Part shown: piece after piece, positions 1 to 9,858 of the stretch | Position numbering within the stretch: the first letter of the stretch is position 1 | Layout: each line of letters begins with the position of its first letter | Source: Escherichia phage vB_EcoM_G8 | Sequence record: NC_054915.1 | Length of the DNA stretch: 64,000 nt | Strand: one strand, 5' to 3' | Notes under the pieces: model-generated | What the model saw: only the letters and a program-made list of their open reading frames with translations | The model's database searches: none | What the model was told of the DNA's origin: nothing | Made by a program: the position numbers and the translations under genes

Positions 1-1
1 T

Positions 2-1129
2 TATGGTATCAAATACCTTAATCCAGACAATGAATTTACATTTAAAACTGGTGCTACTTATGCTGGCGAAGCTGGATATGTAGACCGAGAACAAATCACA
101 GAATTAACAGAAGAGTCTAAATTAACTCTCAATAAAGGCGATTTATTCAAATATAATAATATCGTTTATAAAGTATTAGAAGATACACCATTTGCTGATA
201 TTGAAGAAAGCGATTTAGAATTGGCTCTTCAGATTGCAATTGTTCTTTTAAAGGTTCGTCTATTTTCTGACGCAGCGTCAACAAGCAAATTTGAAAGCTC
301 TGATAGTGAAATTGCGGATGCTAGATTCCAGATTAATAAATGGCAAACCGCAGTTAAATCTCGCAAACTTAAAACTGGTATCACAGTTGAATTAGCACAA
401 GATTTAGAAGCAAATGGATTCGATGCTCCTAATTTCTTGGAAGATTTGCTTGCAACTGAAATGGCAGATGAAATCAATAAAGATATTCTGCAGTCTTTGA
501 TTACAGTATCAAAACGTTATAAAGTTACAGGAATTACTGATACTGGATTCATTGATTTGAGTTATGCATCTGCACCTGAAGCTGGTCGTTCATTATACCG
601 AATGGTATGTGAAATGGTTTCGCATATCCAAAAAGAATCAACTTATACAGCAACGTTCTGTGTTGCTTCTGCTCGTGCCGCCGCGATTCTTGCTGCATCA
701 GGTTGGTTAAAACATAAACCAGAAGATGATAAATATCTTTCACAAAATGCCTATGGGTTTTTAGCTAATGGATTACCTCTTTACTGCGATACCAACAGTC
801 CGTTAGATTATGTTATTGTGGGTGTTGTAGAAAATATCGGCGAAAAAGAAATTGTAGGGTCCATCTTTTATGCTCCATACACTGAAGGAGTAGATTTAGA
901 TGACCCGGAACATGTCGGTGCATTTAAAGTTGTAGTTGATCCGGAAAGTTTGCAACCGTCTATCGGTTTATTAGTTAGATATGCTTTATCAGCAAATCCT
1001 TATACCGTAGCAAAAGATGAAAAAGAAGCAAGAGTAATTGACGGTGGAGACATGGATAAAATGGCGGGTCGTTCAGATTTGTCTGTTTTATTAGGTGTTA
1101 AACTACCAAAAATTATCGTTGATGAATAA
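2..1129 (+). CDS. 24: Capsid vertex protein gp24, C-terminal part (gene starts upstream of window)
   Basis: Frame is open from window position 2 with no stop; capsid-protein-like translation; followed by rnlB as in T4 (synteny). gp23/gp24 are paralogs, so the call rests on synteny. Confidence 0.75.
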   Translation, partial: YGIKYLNPDNEFTFKTGATYAGEAGYVDREQITELTEESKLTLNKGDLFKYNNIVYKVLEDTPFADIEESDLELALQIAIVLLKVRLFSDAASTSKFESSDSEIADARFQINKWQTAVKSRKLKTGITVELAQDLEANGFDAPNFLEDLLATEMADEINKDILQSLITVSKRYKVTGITDTGFIDLSYASAPEAGRSLYRMVCEMVSHIQKESTYTATFCVASARAAAILAASGWLKHKPEDDKYLSQNAYGFLANGLPLYCDTNSPLDYVIVGVVENIGEKEIVGSIFYAPYTEGVDLDDPEHVGAFKVVVDPESLQPSIGLLVRYALSANPYTVAKDEKEARVIDGGDMDKMAGRSDLSVLLGVKLPKIIVDE

Positions 1130-1158
1130 AACAAAGGGACCAAAAGGTCCCTTTTTAT
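1130..1158. terminator. Bidirectional hairpin GGGACC-AAAA-GGTCCC with flanking T/A runs between convergent genes 24 and rnlB
   Basis: Inverted repeat read directly in sequence, followed by TTTTTATTT. Confidence 0.6.
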
Positions 1159-2163
1159 TTAACTTACCAACTCAATCCAAGCTGGACGAAGTACATCTTG
1201 TACCATTTTAACTAATTCCTTCTTAATCAAAGAAGGATTATCTGCTTGAGTTAGAGTAATACCTTCACGAGAAGTTTCTTCCAAAATATCTTGAACAGTT
1301 AGTCCCATCACCTTTCCAAAATCTTTTGGACCAATTTCGCCAATTTTAGAAATAACGTTATTTACTCGGTTTAGTGTAACGTAACAAGCTAAAATCCCCA
1401 CCAATTTGTTATCAGCTTCTGACAGTTCAACTTTAGCTTTAATAGGCTTATCAGACTTTTTCTTTTCACTAAATTTAGAATTCTTGCATTTAATTGCTAC
1501 ACGATTGCGATTAGGCAGCCAAGAAGGATAACAAGGTTTCAATACATATCCTTCAGCGGTAAATACTTCGCCTTTTGCTTCGGCATTCCAAACGCATTTA
1601 TTTGCATCAACTAATCCAGCATGGTCTACTGTAAAATTATAATCTTGGACGACAGAATCTAAATCATTTGGCAATTTAATAAGCTCTTCAAATTTACCGC
1701 GACCTAAAAGTGGAGCCATTTTAAATTTAAATGTATTGCAGAATGATTCCATCATATAATCGTCGACATAAGTCACATCGCCACTTTCTGTAGTGACAAT
1801 AATGTCAAATACATAAAAATCTTTATCACCATAATCGACATTCTTCTGAATGCCAGGTCCAGCGAATTCGCCAAAGACTTGATAAGATACAACCGCTGAG
1901 GTTTCCATAATATCTTGTACTGCTTTAATGGAATCAGCGTAATTCTTTAAAATAATTTCATACCCAAAGAAATCTTCAGCAGGAAGAATAGGACCAGTAC
2001 GTTTAGCGCAAGTTACTTTATCACGCTCAATAATCAATGAGAAATTTGTGCCGTGAATCTTTTCACGAGCTACCCATTCGCCGCCAGTCAATCCCAAGCT
2101 ATAAAGTTTTTCAATAAATTTAGAGTTGTAATGATTTTCAAGACTGCTATACTTTTTAAACAT
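1159..2163 (-). CDS. rnlB: RNA ligase 2 (334 aa)
   Basis: 334-aa ORF; N-terminus [16 protein letters not shown]... with lysine nucleotidyltransferase motif EKIHGTN; position downstream of gene 24. Confidence 0.9.
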   Translation of the reverse strand: MFKKYSSLENHYNSKFIEKLYSLGLTGGEWVAREKIHGTNFSLIIERDKVTCAKRTGPILPAEDFFGYEIILKNYADSIKAVQDIMETSAVVSYQVFGEFAGPGIQKNVDYGDKDFYVFDIIVTTESGDVTYVDDYMMESFCNTFKFKMAPLLGRGKFEELIKLPNDLDSVVQDYNFTVDHAGLVDANKCVWNAEAKGEVFTAEGYVLKPCYPSWLPNRNRVAIKCKNSKFSEKKKSDKPIKAKVELSEADNKLVGILACYVTLNRVNNVISKIGEIGPKDFGKVMGLTVQDILEETSREGITLTQADNPSLIKKELVKMVQDVLRPAWIELVS

Positions 2164-2172
2164 AATTAATCC

Positions 2173-2451
2173 TCAAAATGTAATTTCTAACCAATCACCA
2201 TCACGCTGATCACTATTAACTTTAAAGCTGAATCCTTCTTTTCTCAGCCAATCACCAATTTCTTCAGTAATCAATTTATCGCGAGCAGTACAATAATAAC
2301 TAAAATATGTTTTACCTTGTTCAGCTGCTTTATTAGCAAGTTCCGAAAAATCTTTAATAAAACACTCTAGCTTAAACTGTTTACTTTTGAATGCTTTTTC
2401 GCGTAATTGATTAGCAAAAGATTCATTTTCATAAAGATCATACTGTTCCAT
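2173..2451 (-). CDS. Conserved hypothetical protein (T4 24.2-like position)
   Basis: 92-aa ORF tightly packed between rnlB and hoc. Confidence 0.55.
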   Translation of the reverse strand: MEQYDLYENESFANQLREKAFKSKQFKLECFIKDFSELANKAAEQGKTYFSYYCTARDKLITEEIGDWLRKEGFSFKVNSDQRDGDWLEITF

Positions 2452-2653
2452 TTTTCACCTTTTTATTAATATGTCTTTTTCTATAGACAACTTTTTCTCG
2501 AGTTTCAAATTTATTTTTAGCAGTCATAGCTCGAGCCCATAATACAGCCACTTCTTTCGCCTGTAAATTTAATTCACGAGCAATTTCAATGAATGACTTT
2601 CCAGACTCATGGAGAGTAAACACCACAACCTCAGTTCTCATAATCAATCTCAT
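2438..2653 (-). CDS. Conserved hypothetical protein, possible HTH (T4 24.3-like position)
   Basis: 71-aa ORF overlapping the downstream gene by 14 nt. Confidence 0.5.
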   Translation of the reverse strand: MRLIMRTEVVVFTLHESGKSFIEIARELNLQAKEVAVLWARAMTAKNKFETREKVVYRKRHINKKVKNGTV

Positions 2654-2704
2654 GTTATCGGGTTGGTGCCATTATATACATCATTTTCTGATTGTGTTTT
2701 GTGT

Positions 2705-2738
2705 GCTTTCAAAATGAAGAAAGGGGCCGAAGCCCCTT
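2705..2738 (-). terminator. GC hairpin GGGGCCGAAGCCCC, terminator after hoc on minus strand
   Basis: Minus strand reads GGGGCTTCGGCCCC followed by TTTCTTCATTTT. Confidence 0.55.
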
Positions 2739-2742
2739 ATGA

Positions 2743-3879
2743 TTATGGATAGGTATAGATGATACCAGTTTCTAAAGCAGTTTTATGAATGATGTATCCA
2801 TTACGCGATTCTTGGACATCAACTTCTGGATAATCTTTCATCATCTTCTGGAGAGTGTAACGATGCAAGTAGTACTTACTATCTGGATCGTCAGTTTTCC
2901 AATCTTTACCTTCTTCAGTCATTTTTTGGATTTCATCCATAACCCACCAACCGCACCAGATATAAGCTGAAGTACGATGTGGAAGAGGATGAACATAAGG
3001 TAATTCACCTTCTGGTTCTGGAGCAACTTTATCAGTTACCTGAACTTGACCTGTTGCTGTAATAGTTTTGCTATCATAATCAGCAGCAGTAACAGTTGCA
3101 GTAACTTCAATAGTTTGACTTCCAATAGATGAGGTATCAACGGTATATACATTAGTTGACCCTTCTACAGGAGAAGAATCTTTCTTCCATGAATAAGCAA
3201 TTTGTGCTTCTTCTGGTGCGCCAGTAACATTAGCAGTAAATGTAGCCGAAGCATCTTGTTGAACGTTAATAGAAGGAGGAGTCAATGTAACCTGTGGATT
3301 CATTGTCTTCTTATTAACCGTTAATGATACTTCATTAGAAGTAACTTCTTTTGCATCATAATCTGTCGCGGTTACTTGAGCTACACACTTGATTTTTTTA
3401 ACTCCACTTATAGTTGGAGTATAGCTAAATGTAGAGTTAGTTTCTCCACCAACTTGTGAATCATCTACATACCACTGATACGTAGCAGACGCTCCAACGG
3501 GTTGAGAAGCTAAGGCAGCAGTAAATTCAACAGCTGTTCCGATTACGCCAGCATCAGGGCTACCAGGAGTTACGGCTAAAGTAGTTGTTTGTGTCTTATT
3601 TTGAACTGTGATAGTTGTAGTAGCTTCTGCTGTTTCAGCTTCAGCTTCAGCTTCTGGAACTGTATTTGTTGCAACTACTTTAATAGTCTTTTGACCGGCA
3701 GGTCCTTTTAATACATAATTAAAAGTTGCTGACGTTTCTTCCTGTTGAACATTATCTACGCTCCAAGCATAGGTAATAGTTCCACCTCCAGTTTCACCAC
3801 TGGGTGTAGCAGTAAACTGCTGAGTCTGATCTATAACTCCAGTAGGTGTTTTAGGAGTTATATCAACTGTAAAAGTCAT
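2743..3879 (-). CDS. hoc: Highly immunogenic outer capsid protein Hoc (Ig-like repeats)
   Basis: 378-aa ORF with repeated Thr/Val-rich Ig-like segments; size and position match T4 hoc. Confidence 0.88.
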   Translation of the reverse strand: MTFTVDITPKTPTGVIDQTQQFTATPSGETGGGTITYAWSVDNVQQEETSATFNYVLKGPAGQKTIKVVATNTVPEAEAEAETAEATTTITVQNKTQTTTLAVTPGSPDAGVIGTAVEFTAALASQPVGASATYQWYVDDSQVGGETNSTFSYTPTISGVKKIKCVAQVTATDYDAKEVTSNEVSLTVNKKTMNPQVTLTPPSINVQQDASATFTANVTGAPEEAQIAYSWKKDSSPVEGSTNVYTVDTSSIGSQTIEVTATVTAADYDSKTITATGQVQVTDKVAPEPEGELPYVHPLPHRTSAYIWCGWWVMDEIQKMTEEGKDWKTDDPDSKYYLHRYTLQKMMKDYPEVDVQESRNGYIIHKTALETGIIYTYP

Positions 3880-3888
3880 AAGTTATCC

Positions 3889-4569
3889 TTATTTTAATGT
3901 TACGAAAGAAGAGTTGCGTGTTTCACGAATTAAAACTGATCCATCACGATTAATGTAATAAATTAAGCTAAATAAAGTTTGGTGTGCTGACGCATGCTCA
4001 AAACTAGTTGGGTGAGATTTCCAATCCGGAGTTTCAGCTATCCATTGATAAATCCACCAAGGAACAGTGCAGAATCCTGGATTTTTTCCAATCAGCTGAA
4101 GATTCGGACTAAAGTTTTCCGGAAGAGTAAATACAGACGGCTTTTCAGATTCAATAATCTCAGCTACAGCCTGTTCAAATTTTTCTTCAACAAAAGGAGT
4201 ATCTTCAATCAAAACTGAGGTATTTTCAGGAATTTTATCCGTTTCTACTACTTCAATTTTAATGTCAGATTTAACCGGAGAATCAATCAGAAGTGCTGCT
4301 TCTGGATTGACTTCTTCATCGTCATATTTTAATCCCTCTGCGGCATCAGCAGCATCAATTAAGTCTTTAATAGATAACCCATCAGTCTCTGGCATAGGTT
4401 CACTAGCGAGCTTCTGGAGGGCTTCTTCAATATCATTAACGATATTATCAAAAGATTTATTCTTTTTGACCTTTATACCAAACTGTTCAGCATATTCAGC
4501 TAATTTAGCTTTAGCTTCTTTGTTATCATCAAGAGCCTTCAGCTCTGCAATATAATCTTTATCTATCAT
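3889..4569 (-). CDS. inh: Inhibitor of prohead protease Inh
   Basis: 226-aa ORF, same size and position as T4 inh. Confidence 0.8.
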   Translation of the reverse strand: MIDKDYIAELKALDDNKEAKAKLAEYAEQFGIKVKKNKSFDNIVNDIEEALQKLASEPMPETDGLSIKDLIDAADAAEGLKYDDEEVNPEAALLIDSPVKSDIKIEVVETDKIPENTSVLIEDTPFVEEKFEQAVAEIIESEKPSVFTLPENFSPNLQLIGKNPGFCTVPWWIYQWIAETPDWKSHPTSFEHASAHQTLFSLIYYINRDGSVLIRETRNSSFVTLK

Positions 4570-4582
4570 AATATTTCCTCAG

Positions 4583-4590
4583 TATAAATA
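4583..4590 (+). promoter_or_regulatory. T4 late promoter box TATAAATA upstream of uvsW
   Basis: Exact TATAAATA about 30 nt upstream of the uvsW ATG. Confidence 0.5.
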
Positions 4591-4619
4591 TAGATATATT
4601 TATTACATGGTATTTAGAC

Positions 4620-6131
4620 ATGACTGACATTAAAGTACATTTTTATGATTTTAGTCACGTGAGAATTGATTGTGAAGAAAGTACATTTCATGAACTCCGT
4701 GATTTCTTTAGCTTTGAAGCTGATGGGTATCGTTTTAATCCGAAGTACAGATATGGCCACTGGGATGGACGAATCCGTCTTTTAGATTATAATCGACTTC
4801 TTCCATTCGGCTTAGTCGGGCAAATTAAAAAGTTCTGTGATAACTTTGGCTATAAAGCCTGGATTGACCCACAAATTAACGAAAAAGAAGAATTATCAAG
4901 AAAAGATTTTGATGAATGGCTTTCTAAATTAGAAATCTATTCAGGAAATAAAAGAATTGAACCACATTGGTATCAAAAAGATGCAGTGTTCGAAGGATTA
5001 GTTAATCGTCGTAGAATTCTTAATCTTCCAACATCCGCTGGTAAATCGTTAATTCAAGCTTTGCTTGCGCGATATTATTTGGAAAATTATGAAGGTAAAA
5101 TTCTTATCATTGTTCCAACAACTGCTCTGACAACTCAGATGGCTGATGACTTCGTCGACTATCGTTTATTCAGCCATGCAATGATAAAGAAAATTGGTGG
5201 CGGAGCATCAAAAGATGATAAATATAAAAATGATGCACCAGTCGTTGTTGGTACATGGCAAACTGTAGTAAAACAACCGAAAGAATGGTTCTCACAGTTT
5301 GGAATGATGATGAATGATGAATGCCATCTTGCTACAGGAAAAAGTATTTCATCTATCATATCAGGTTTAAATAACTGCATGTTCAAATTCGGTTTGTCTG
5401 GTTCATTACGTGATGGCAAAGCCAATATCATGCAGTATGTTGGAATGTTTGGTGAAATATTTAAGCCAGTAACGACTTCTAAGTTAATGGAAGATGGACA
5501 AGTAACTGAGCTAAAAATTAATAGTATTTTTCTTCGCTATCCCGATGAGTTCACTACTAAATTAAAGGGAAAAACTTATCAAGAAGAAATAAAAATTATT
5601 ACTGGGCTTAGTAAAAGAAATAAATGGATCGCTAAATTAGCTATTAAGCTTGCACAAAAAGATGAAAACGCTTTTGTCATGTTTAAACATGTATCGCATG
5701 GTAAAGCTATTTTCGATTTAATTAAAAATGAATACGATAAAGTTTATTACGTATCAGGGGAAGTTGATACCGAAACCCGCAACGTAATGAAAACTTTAGC
5801 TGAAAACGGTAAAGGAATAATTATAGTAGCGAGTTATGGTGTATTTTCTACTGGTATTTCAGTTAAAAATCTGCATCACGTTGTTTTAGCGCATGGTGTT
5901 AAATCAAAAATCATTGTATTACAAACAATCGGTCGTGTATTACGTAAGCATGGTTCTAAGACAATAGCAACGGTCTGGGACCTCATAGATGACGCGGGCG
6001 TAGTTTCTAAATCAAAAACATCTTCTAAAAAATACTCGCATTTAAACTATCTTTTAAAACATGGACTTGATCGTATTCAGCGTTATGCTGATGAAAAGTT
6101 TAATTATGTGATGAAAGAGGTTAAACTTTGA
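4620..6131 (+). CDS. uvsW: UvsW DNA/RNA helicase (SF2)
   Basis: 503-aa ORF, N-terminus MTDIKVHFYDFSHVRIDCEE..., Walker A-like PTSAGKS and DECH box (MMMNDECH). Confidence 0.92.
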   Translation: MTDIKVHFYDFSHVRIDCEESTFHELRDFFSFEADGYRFNPKYRYGHWDGRIRLLDYNRLLPFGLVGQIKKFCDNFGYKAWIDPQINEKEELSRKDFDEWLSKLEIYSGNKRIEPHWYQKDAVFEGLVNRRRILNLPTSAGKSLIQALLARYYLENYEGKILIIVPTTALTTQMADDFVDYRLFSHAMIKKIGGGASKDDKYKNDAPVVVGTWQTVVKQPKEWFSQFGMMMNDECHLATGKSISSIISGLNNCMFKFGLSGSLRDGKANIMQYVGMFGEIFKPVTTSKLMEDGQVTELKINSIFLRYPDEFTTKLKGKTYQEEIKIITGLSKRNKWIAKLAIKLAQKDENAFVMFKHVSHGKAIFDLIKNEYDKVYYVSGEVDTETRNVMKTLAENGKGIIIVASYGVFSTGISVKNLHHVVLAHGVKSKIIVLQTIGRVLRKHGSKTIATVWDLIDDAGVVSKSKTSSKKYSHLNYLLKHGLDRIQRYADEKFNYVMKEVKL

Positions 6132-6820
6132 ATTATAAATTAATATATGATAATTTAATTAATAGAGCCCAGAATCGGGCTCGCCTTAATGGATACACTG
6201 AAACACATCATATAATTCCTAGATGTATGGGTGGTACAAATGATAAGTGTAATTTAGTAGAACTAACGGCTGAAGAACATTTTATAGCCCATAAACTTTT
6301 AGCTAAAATTCATCCAAACCATTACGGTATAATTAAAGCTGTTATATGTATGGGGATGAATTCAAATACTCATGAAAGACACGTCAATAAATCTTACGCA
6401 TGGGAACGTCGTAAAATGGCAGAACTTCAATCCGGCGAAGGTAATCCATTTTACGGAAAACACCATACGGAAGAACATAAACAATATATGTCAAAACTCA
6501 TGAAAAGTCGTCCAATTACATGGGGAAATAAAATTAGTAAAACTAAAAGAATGAACCCAACGAAATGGACTGAAGAAGCTAAAAGATTACATTCAATCAA
6601 TCAATCGGGTAAAAATAACGGCATGTATGGAAGGAAACATTCCGCTAAATCTATTCAGAAAATTAAAGATAACATGCCAGATAATTCAGGAGCTAATAAC
6701 CCAGCTGCTAAACCTATAGAAGTAAATGGTGTTAAGTATAAATGTATGAAAGATGCTTCTAAAGCTACTGGATTATCAATGTACAAACTAAGAATACTTA
6801 GAAAAACAGTCAATTTATAA
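6128..6820 (+). CDS. HNH-family homing endonuclease with NUMOD3-like repeats; apparent TTG start overlapping the uvsW stop
   Basis: HNH motif ETHHIIPRCMGGTNDKCNLVELTAEEHFIAH; three repeats of the form G-x-x-N-P/G-x-YGK/R-x-H-x(3-4)-K; GAGG about 9 nt upstream of TTG. Confidence 0.78.
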   Translation: MNYKLIYDNLINRAQNRARLNGYTETHHIIPRCMGGTNDKCNLVELTAEEHFIAHKLLAKIHPNHYGIIKAVICMGMNSNTHERHVNKSYAWERRKMAELQSGEGNPFYGKHHTEEHKQYMSKLMKSRPITWGNKISKTKRMNPTKWTEEAKRLHSINQSGKNNGMYGRKHSAKSIQKIKDNMPDNSGANNPAAKPIEVNGVKYKCMKDASKATGLSMYKLRILRKTVNL

Positions 6821-6835
6821 GGGCTTCGGCCCTTT
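6821..6835 (+). terminator. Hairpin GGGCTTCGGCCC followed by TTT between the HNH ORF and uvsW.1
   Basis: Inverted repeat with UUCG loop read in sequence. Confidence 0.4.
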
Positions 6836-7076
6836 GGAGAAAAAGATGTTACTAAAATTTAAACAATTTCTTTATGAAGCTTCTATTGATGAATTTATGG
6901 GTAAAATTGCCTCTTGTCAAACATTAGAAGGTTTAGAAGAACTTGAAGCTTATTACAAGAAAAGAGTCAAAGAAACTGAATTAAAAGATACTGATGACAT
7001 CTCTGTGAGAGATGCTTTGGCAGGAAAAAGAGCTGAATTAGAAGATTCAGACGATGAAGTAGAAGAAAGCTTTTAA
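6834..7076 (+). CDS. uvsW.1: UvsW.1-like small acidic protein
   Basis: 80-aa ORF with RBS GGAGAAAAAG; in T4 the uvsW.1 product lies immediately after uvsW. Confidence 0.7.
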   Translation: MEKKMLLKFKQFLYEASIDEFMGKIASCQTLEGLEELEAYYKKRVKETELKDTDDISVRDALAGKRAELEDSDDEVEESF

Positions 7077-7132
7077 ATTAAAAAAAGGCCCAACCAAAAA
7101 GGAAGGGCCAAAACTATAGACTAAAGGTCACA

Positions 7133-7300
7133 CTATAGCAAAAGTTGTGTTTCATTTAATTGTTCTTCCGAACTTTCTGAAACTGGTAGTTCTTTAATGT
7201 AATTATAGCAAGGCCCAGGATGTACAGGACCTTTGTCTGTTTCAACAACCAATGCAGAATCGATTGGAGTTTTACAGACAACACAAATCTTATCTGACAT
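7133..7300 (-). CDS. Small Cys-containing hypothetical protein (55 aa; below the ORF-track length cutoff)
   Basis: Manual translation MSDKICVVCKTPIDSALVVETDKGPVHPGPCYNYIKELPVSESSEEQLNETQLLL; strong RBS GAGGAG upstream; coordinates +/-2. Confidence 0.45.
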   Translation of the reverse strand: MSDKICVVCKTPIDSALVVETDKGPVHPGPCYNYIKELPVSESSEEQLNETQLLL

Positions 7301-7328
7301 GATTGTCTCCTCTGAATTATATATCTAT

Positions 7329-7553
7329 TTATACAACTCTCATATGCATATCAATGCCCATATCTTTAGAATAAAAATATTCATCAAGATATCCGGCAAA
7401 TTTTCCTTTAATATAAAGGACATCTTCACCACACGGGTGGTCGGCCAGGATACGAATATCCTGACGCTTAAGATTATGCTTTTTCATTAAGAATTGAATT
7501 TCCGTTTCAAATTCTTCTTCATAATTAAAAGCATCATCAATGCTATATTTCAT
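7329..7553 (-). CDS. Conserved hypothetical protein upstream-region partner of uvsY
   Basis: 74-aa ORF whose start overlaps the uvsY stop (ATGA-type coupling). Confidence 0.6.
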   Translation of the reverse strand: MKYSIDDAFNYEEEFETEIQFLMKKHNLKRQDIRILADHPCGEDVLYIKGKFAGYLDEYFYSKDMGIDMHMRVV

Positions 7554-7966
7554 TATTTTCCAGCCTCAAATGCTCGCATGTCTTGAATATGCTTAATAGC
7601 AAATCCACGTGATTTAATAGCATCAAGAGCTCCGCTACAGAAATCTAATAAAATTCCCCAATATTGTAATGAAGTATCAACCTTTAAAACATCCTTATCA
7701 GCTGATAAAACTGTCTTCATTTCTGATTTCTCGTAACGATCCATACTAAATTCATCACCATCTCCTCGTCCCGAGTAGTAGTCTAATCTAGCTTTAAGAG
7801 CAACTTTTTTCTGTGCGTCAATTCTAAGCATTTCCTTTTTAATACTTGAATGCTTATTAAGCCATTTACTATATAACATCACATTATTAGCTGCTTCATA
7901 CTGTAATTTAGTCGAATCTATAAACACATCTTTCTTCAATTCTTCTTGAAGATCTTCTAATCTCAT
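7553..7966 (-). CDS. uvsY: UvsY recombination mediator
   Basis: 137-aa ORF, same length as T4 UvsY; N-terminus MRLEDLQEELKKDVF... Confidence 0.92.
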   Translation of the reverse strand: MRLEDLQEELKKDVFIDSTKLQYEAANNVMLYSKWLNKHSSIKKEMLRIDAQKKVALKARLDYYSGRGDGDEFSMDRYEKSEMKTVLSADKDVLKVDTSLQYWGILLDFCSGALDAIKSRGFAIKHIQDMRAFEAGK

Positions 7967-8032
7967 ATTGTTCTCTATTCAATTGTTATTGGATGGACTT
8001 AGATTCATTATACCACGTTTTAACGTGAAGCA

Positions 8033-8431
8033 TTATACCCTATTACTCGAAGCCAGTTGCAGTTTTATCTGCTCAATATCATCAGGGTTATCGATGACCG
8101 AAAAGCGTATTTCTACTATCAGAGTATAATCATCATAAACTGGTATTACATTAACTGATAATTTATCAATACGTGGCTCATAGTTTCTTACTGCGCTTTC
8201 GATATTGCGCTCAACTGTGTCAGCAGTAAGAGGAGTCATATTCTCAAAAAGCTGGTCTGATAAATCACATCCAAATTCAGGGTCAAACGGTCTTGAACCT
8301 TTTCTTGTTGTAATAATTCCCAAAAGACTGTTTTTAATTGACCTTAATCCAAGTGATCTGGAAACATCTTTGTTCCAATCCATTTTCATTTCCGGGTCAA
8401 TGTCAGAATAAAGCTTATTAATATTTGCCAT
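8033..8431 (-). CDS. 25: Baseplate wedge protein gp25
   Basis: 132-aa ORF, size and synteny as T4 gp25. Confidence 0.9.
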   Translation of the reverse strand: MANINKLYSDIDPEMKMDWNKDVSRSLGLRSIKNSLLGIITTRKGSRPFDPEFGCDLSDQLFENMTPLTADTVERNIESAVRNYEPRIDKLSVNVIPVYDDYTLIVEIRFSVIDNPDDIEQIKLQLASSNRV

Positions 8432-9057
8432 TATAGTAACTCAAAGAACTCTTTGAGGCCTCTTATTACGTGAGCATGGGTTTTTCCACACTCTGGACAC
8501 TTAATTGGAACAGCCAAATAAACGGTAGGTTTTAAAAGCATATCTTTTATAGCTACAATATCTGACTCTGTGATGATAGAATATAAATCTTCTAGTTCCT
8601 TTTCATTTAAGTCTTCAACTGGAATGCTTTCCCCGTTAGCATGAATCGTTTCTATACATGATACTATCATGTGGGCTATATTTTTATCATCAAAAATTTT
8701 AGGGTATCGTAATTTAATTTTAATGTCACCCAGTGTATACCAGAGGTCTTCTGGTGCATCTATTTGTGTGTGTAATAGATTTATATGGGTTGGTATTTCA
8801 GTTCCACAGGTGCACTTCCAGGAGTTTTCGTGATTAACTTCGCCGAGAGAATGTGCCCATAAATGAATCAACAATAGTTCTGATTCTTGGCGGTTTAAAT
8901 CTTTTGCATTTGTGCAGTCTTTGATTAGCTTTTTAACAACTACTTCTACTGAACCATTATTTTTGGCAGTAATAAGTTCTAGATATTCTTTAAGCGTGAA
9001 TGCGCGACAATTGATTATTTTAGAACCAACTCTCACATCAAATTTGTATTCATACAT
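8431..9057 (-). CDS. 26: Baseplate hub protein gp26
   Basis: 208-aa ORF, size and synteny as T4 gp26. Confidence 0.88.
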   Translation of the reverse strand: MYEYKFDVRVGSKIINCRAFTLKEYLELITAKNNGSVEVVVKKLIKDCTNAKDLNRQESELLLIHLWAHSLGEVNHENSWKCTCGTEIPTHINLLHTQIDAPEDLWYTLGDIKIKLRYPKIFDDKNIAHMIVSCIETIHANGESIPVEDLNEKELEDLYSIITESDIVAIKDMLLKPTVYLAVPIKCPECGKTHAHVIRGLKEFFELL

Positions 9058-9079
9058 ATTTTAGCTCCTTTATTTATCA

Positions 9080-9091
9080 TATTTATAAATA
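9080..9091. promoter_or_regulatory. Overlapping divergent T4 late promoter boxes (TATAAATA on both strands) between genes 26 and 51
   Basis: Sequence ATATTTATAAATAG contains TATAAATA on plus (9084-9091) and on minus (9080-9087). Confidence 0.55.
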
Positions 9092-9108
9092 GAATAAAAG
9101 GAGCATCT

Positions 9109-9858
9109 ATGGCAAACATTATTCGTTGTAAATTACCAGATGGTGTTCATCGTTTTAAACCATTTACGGTAGAAGATTATCGAGATTTTTTGTTAGTTCG
9201 AAACGATATAGAACATCGGTCACCACAAGAACAAAAAGAAATAATTACTGATTTAATTGATGATTATTTTGGAGACTATCCGAAGACTTGGCAACCATTT
9301 ATATTTTTGCAGGTATTTGTAGGGTCAATAGGTAAAACTAAAGTACCGGTCACATTTGTATGTCCAAAATGTAAAAAAGAAAAGACAGTTCCATTTGAAA
9401 TATATCAAAAAGAATTAAAGGAACCTGTTTTTGATGTAGCTAATGTTAAAATTAAATTAAAGTTTCCTTCTGAGTTTTATGAAAATAAAGCAAAGATGAT
9501 TACTGAAAATATTCATTCTGTTCAAGTAGATGAAACTTGGTATGATTGGAAGGAAATTAGCGAATCAAGTCAAATAGAACTCGTTGACGCCATCGAGATA
9601 GAAACATTAGAACAAATTCTCGATGCAATGAATCCTATTAATTTAACTCTACATATGTCATGCTGTAATAAGTACATTAAAAAATACACTGATATAGTAG
9701 ACGTGTTTAAGCTATTAGTTAACCCAGATGAGATATTTACTTTTTATCAAATTAATCACACACTCGTAAAAAGTAATTATAGCTTAAATTCAATAATGAA
9801 AATGATTCCTGCTGAGCGCGGATTCGTATTAAAACTGATTGAGAAGGATAAACAATAA
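9109..9858 (+). CDS. 51: Baseplate hub assembly protein gp51
   Basis: 249-aa ORF, size and synteny as T4 gp51. Confidence 0.88.
   Translation: MANIIRCKLPDGVHRFKPFTVEDYRDFLLVRNDIEHRSPQEQKEIITDLIDDYFGDYPKTWQPFIFLQVFVGSIGKTKVPVTFVCPKCKKEKTVPFEIYQKELKEPVFDVANVKIKLKFPSEFYENKAKMITENIHSVQVDETWYDWKEISESSQIELVDAIEIETLEQILDAMNPINLTLHMSCCNKYIKKYTDIVDVFKLLVNPDEIFTFYQINHTLVKSNYSLNSIMKMIPAERGFVLKLIEKDKQ

Noticed and set aside
229-743. Minus-strand ORFs 229-477 and 549-743 inside gene 24
   Set aside because: Antisense shadow ORFs within a conserved capsid gene; no start context.
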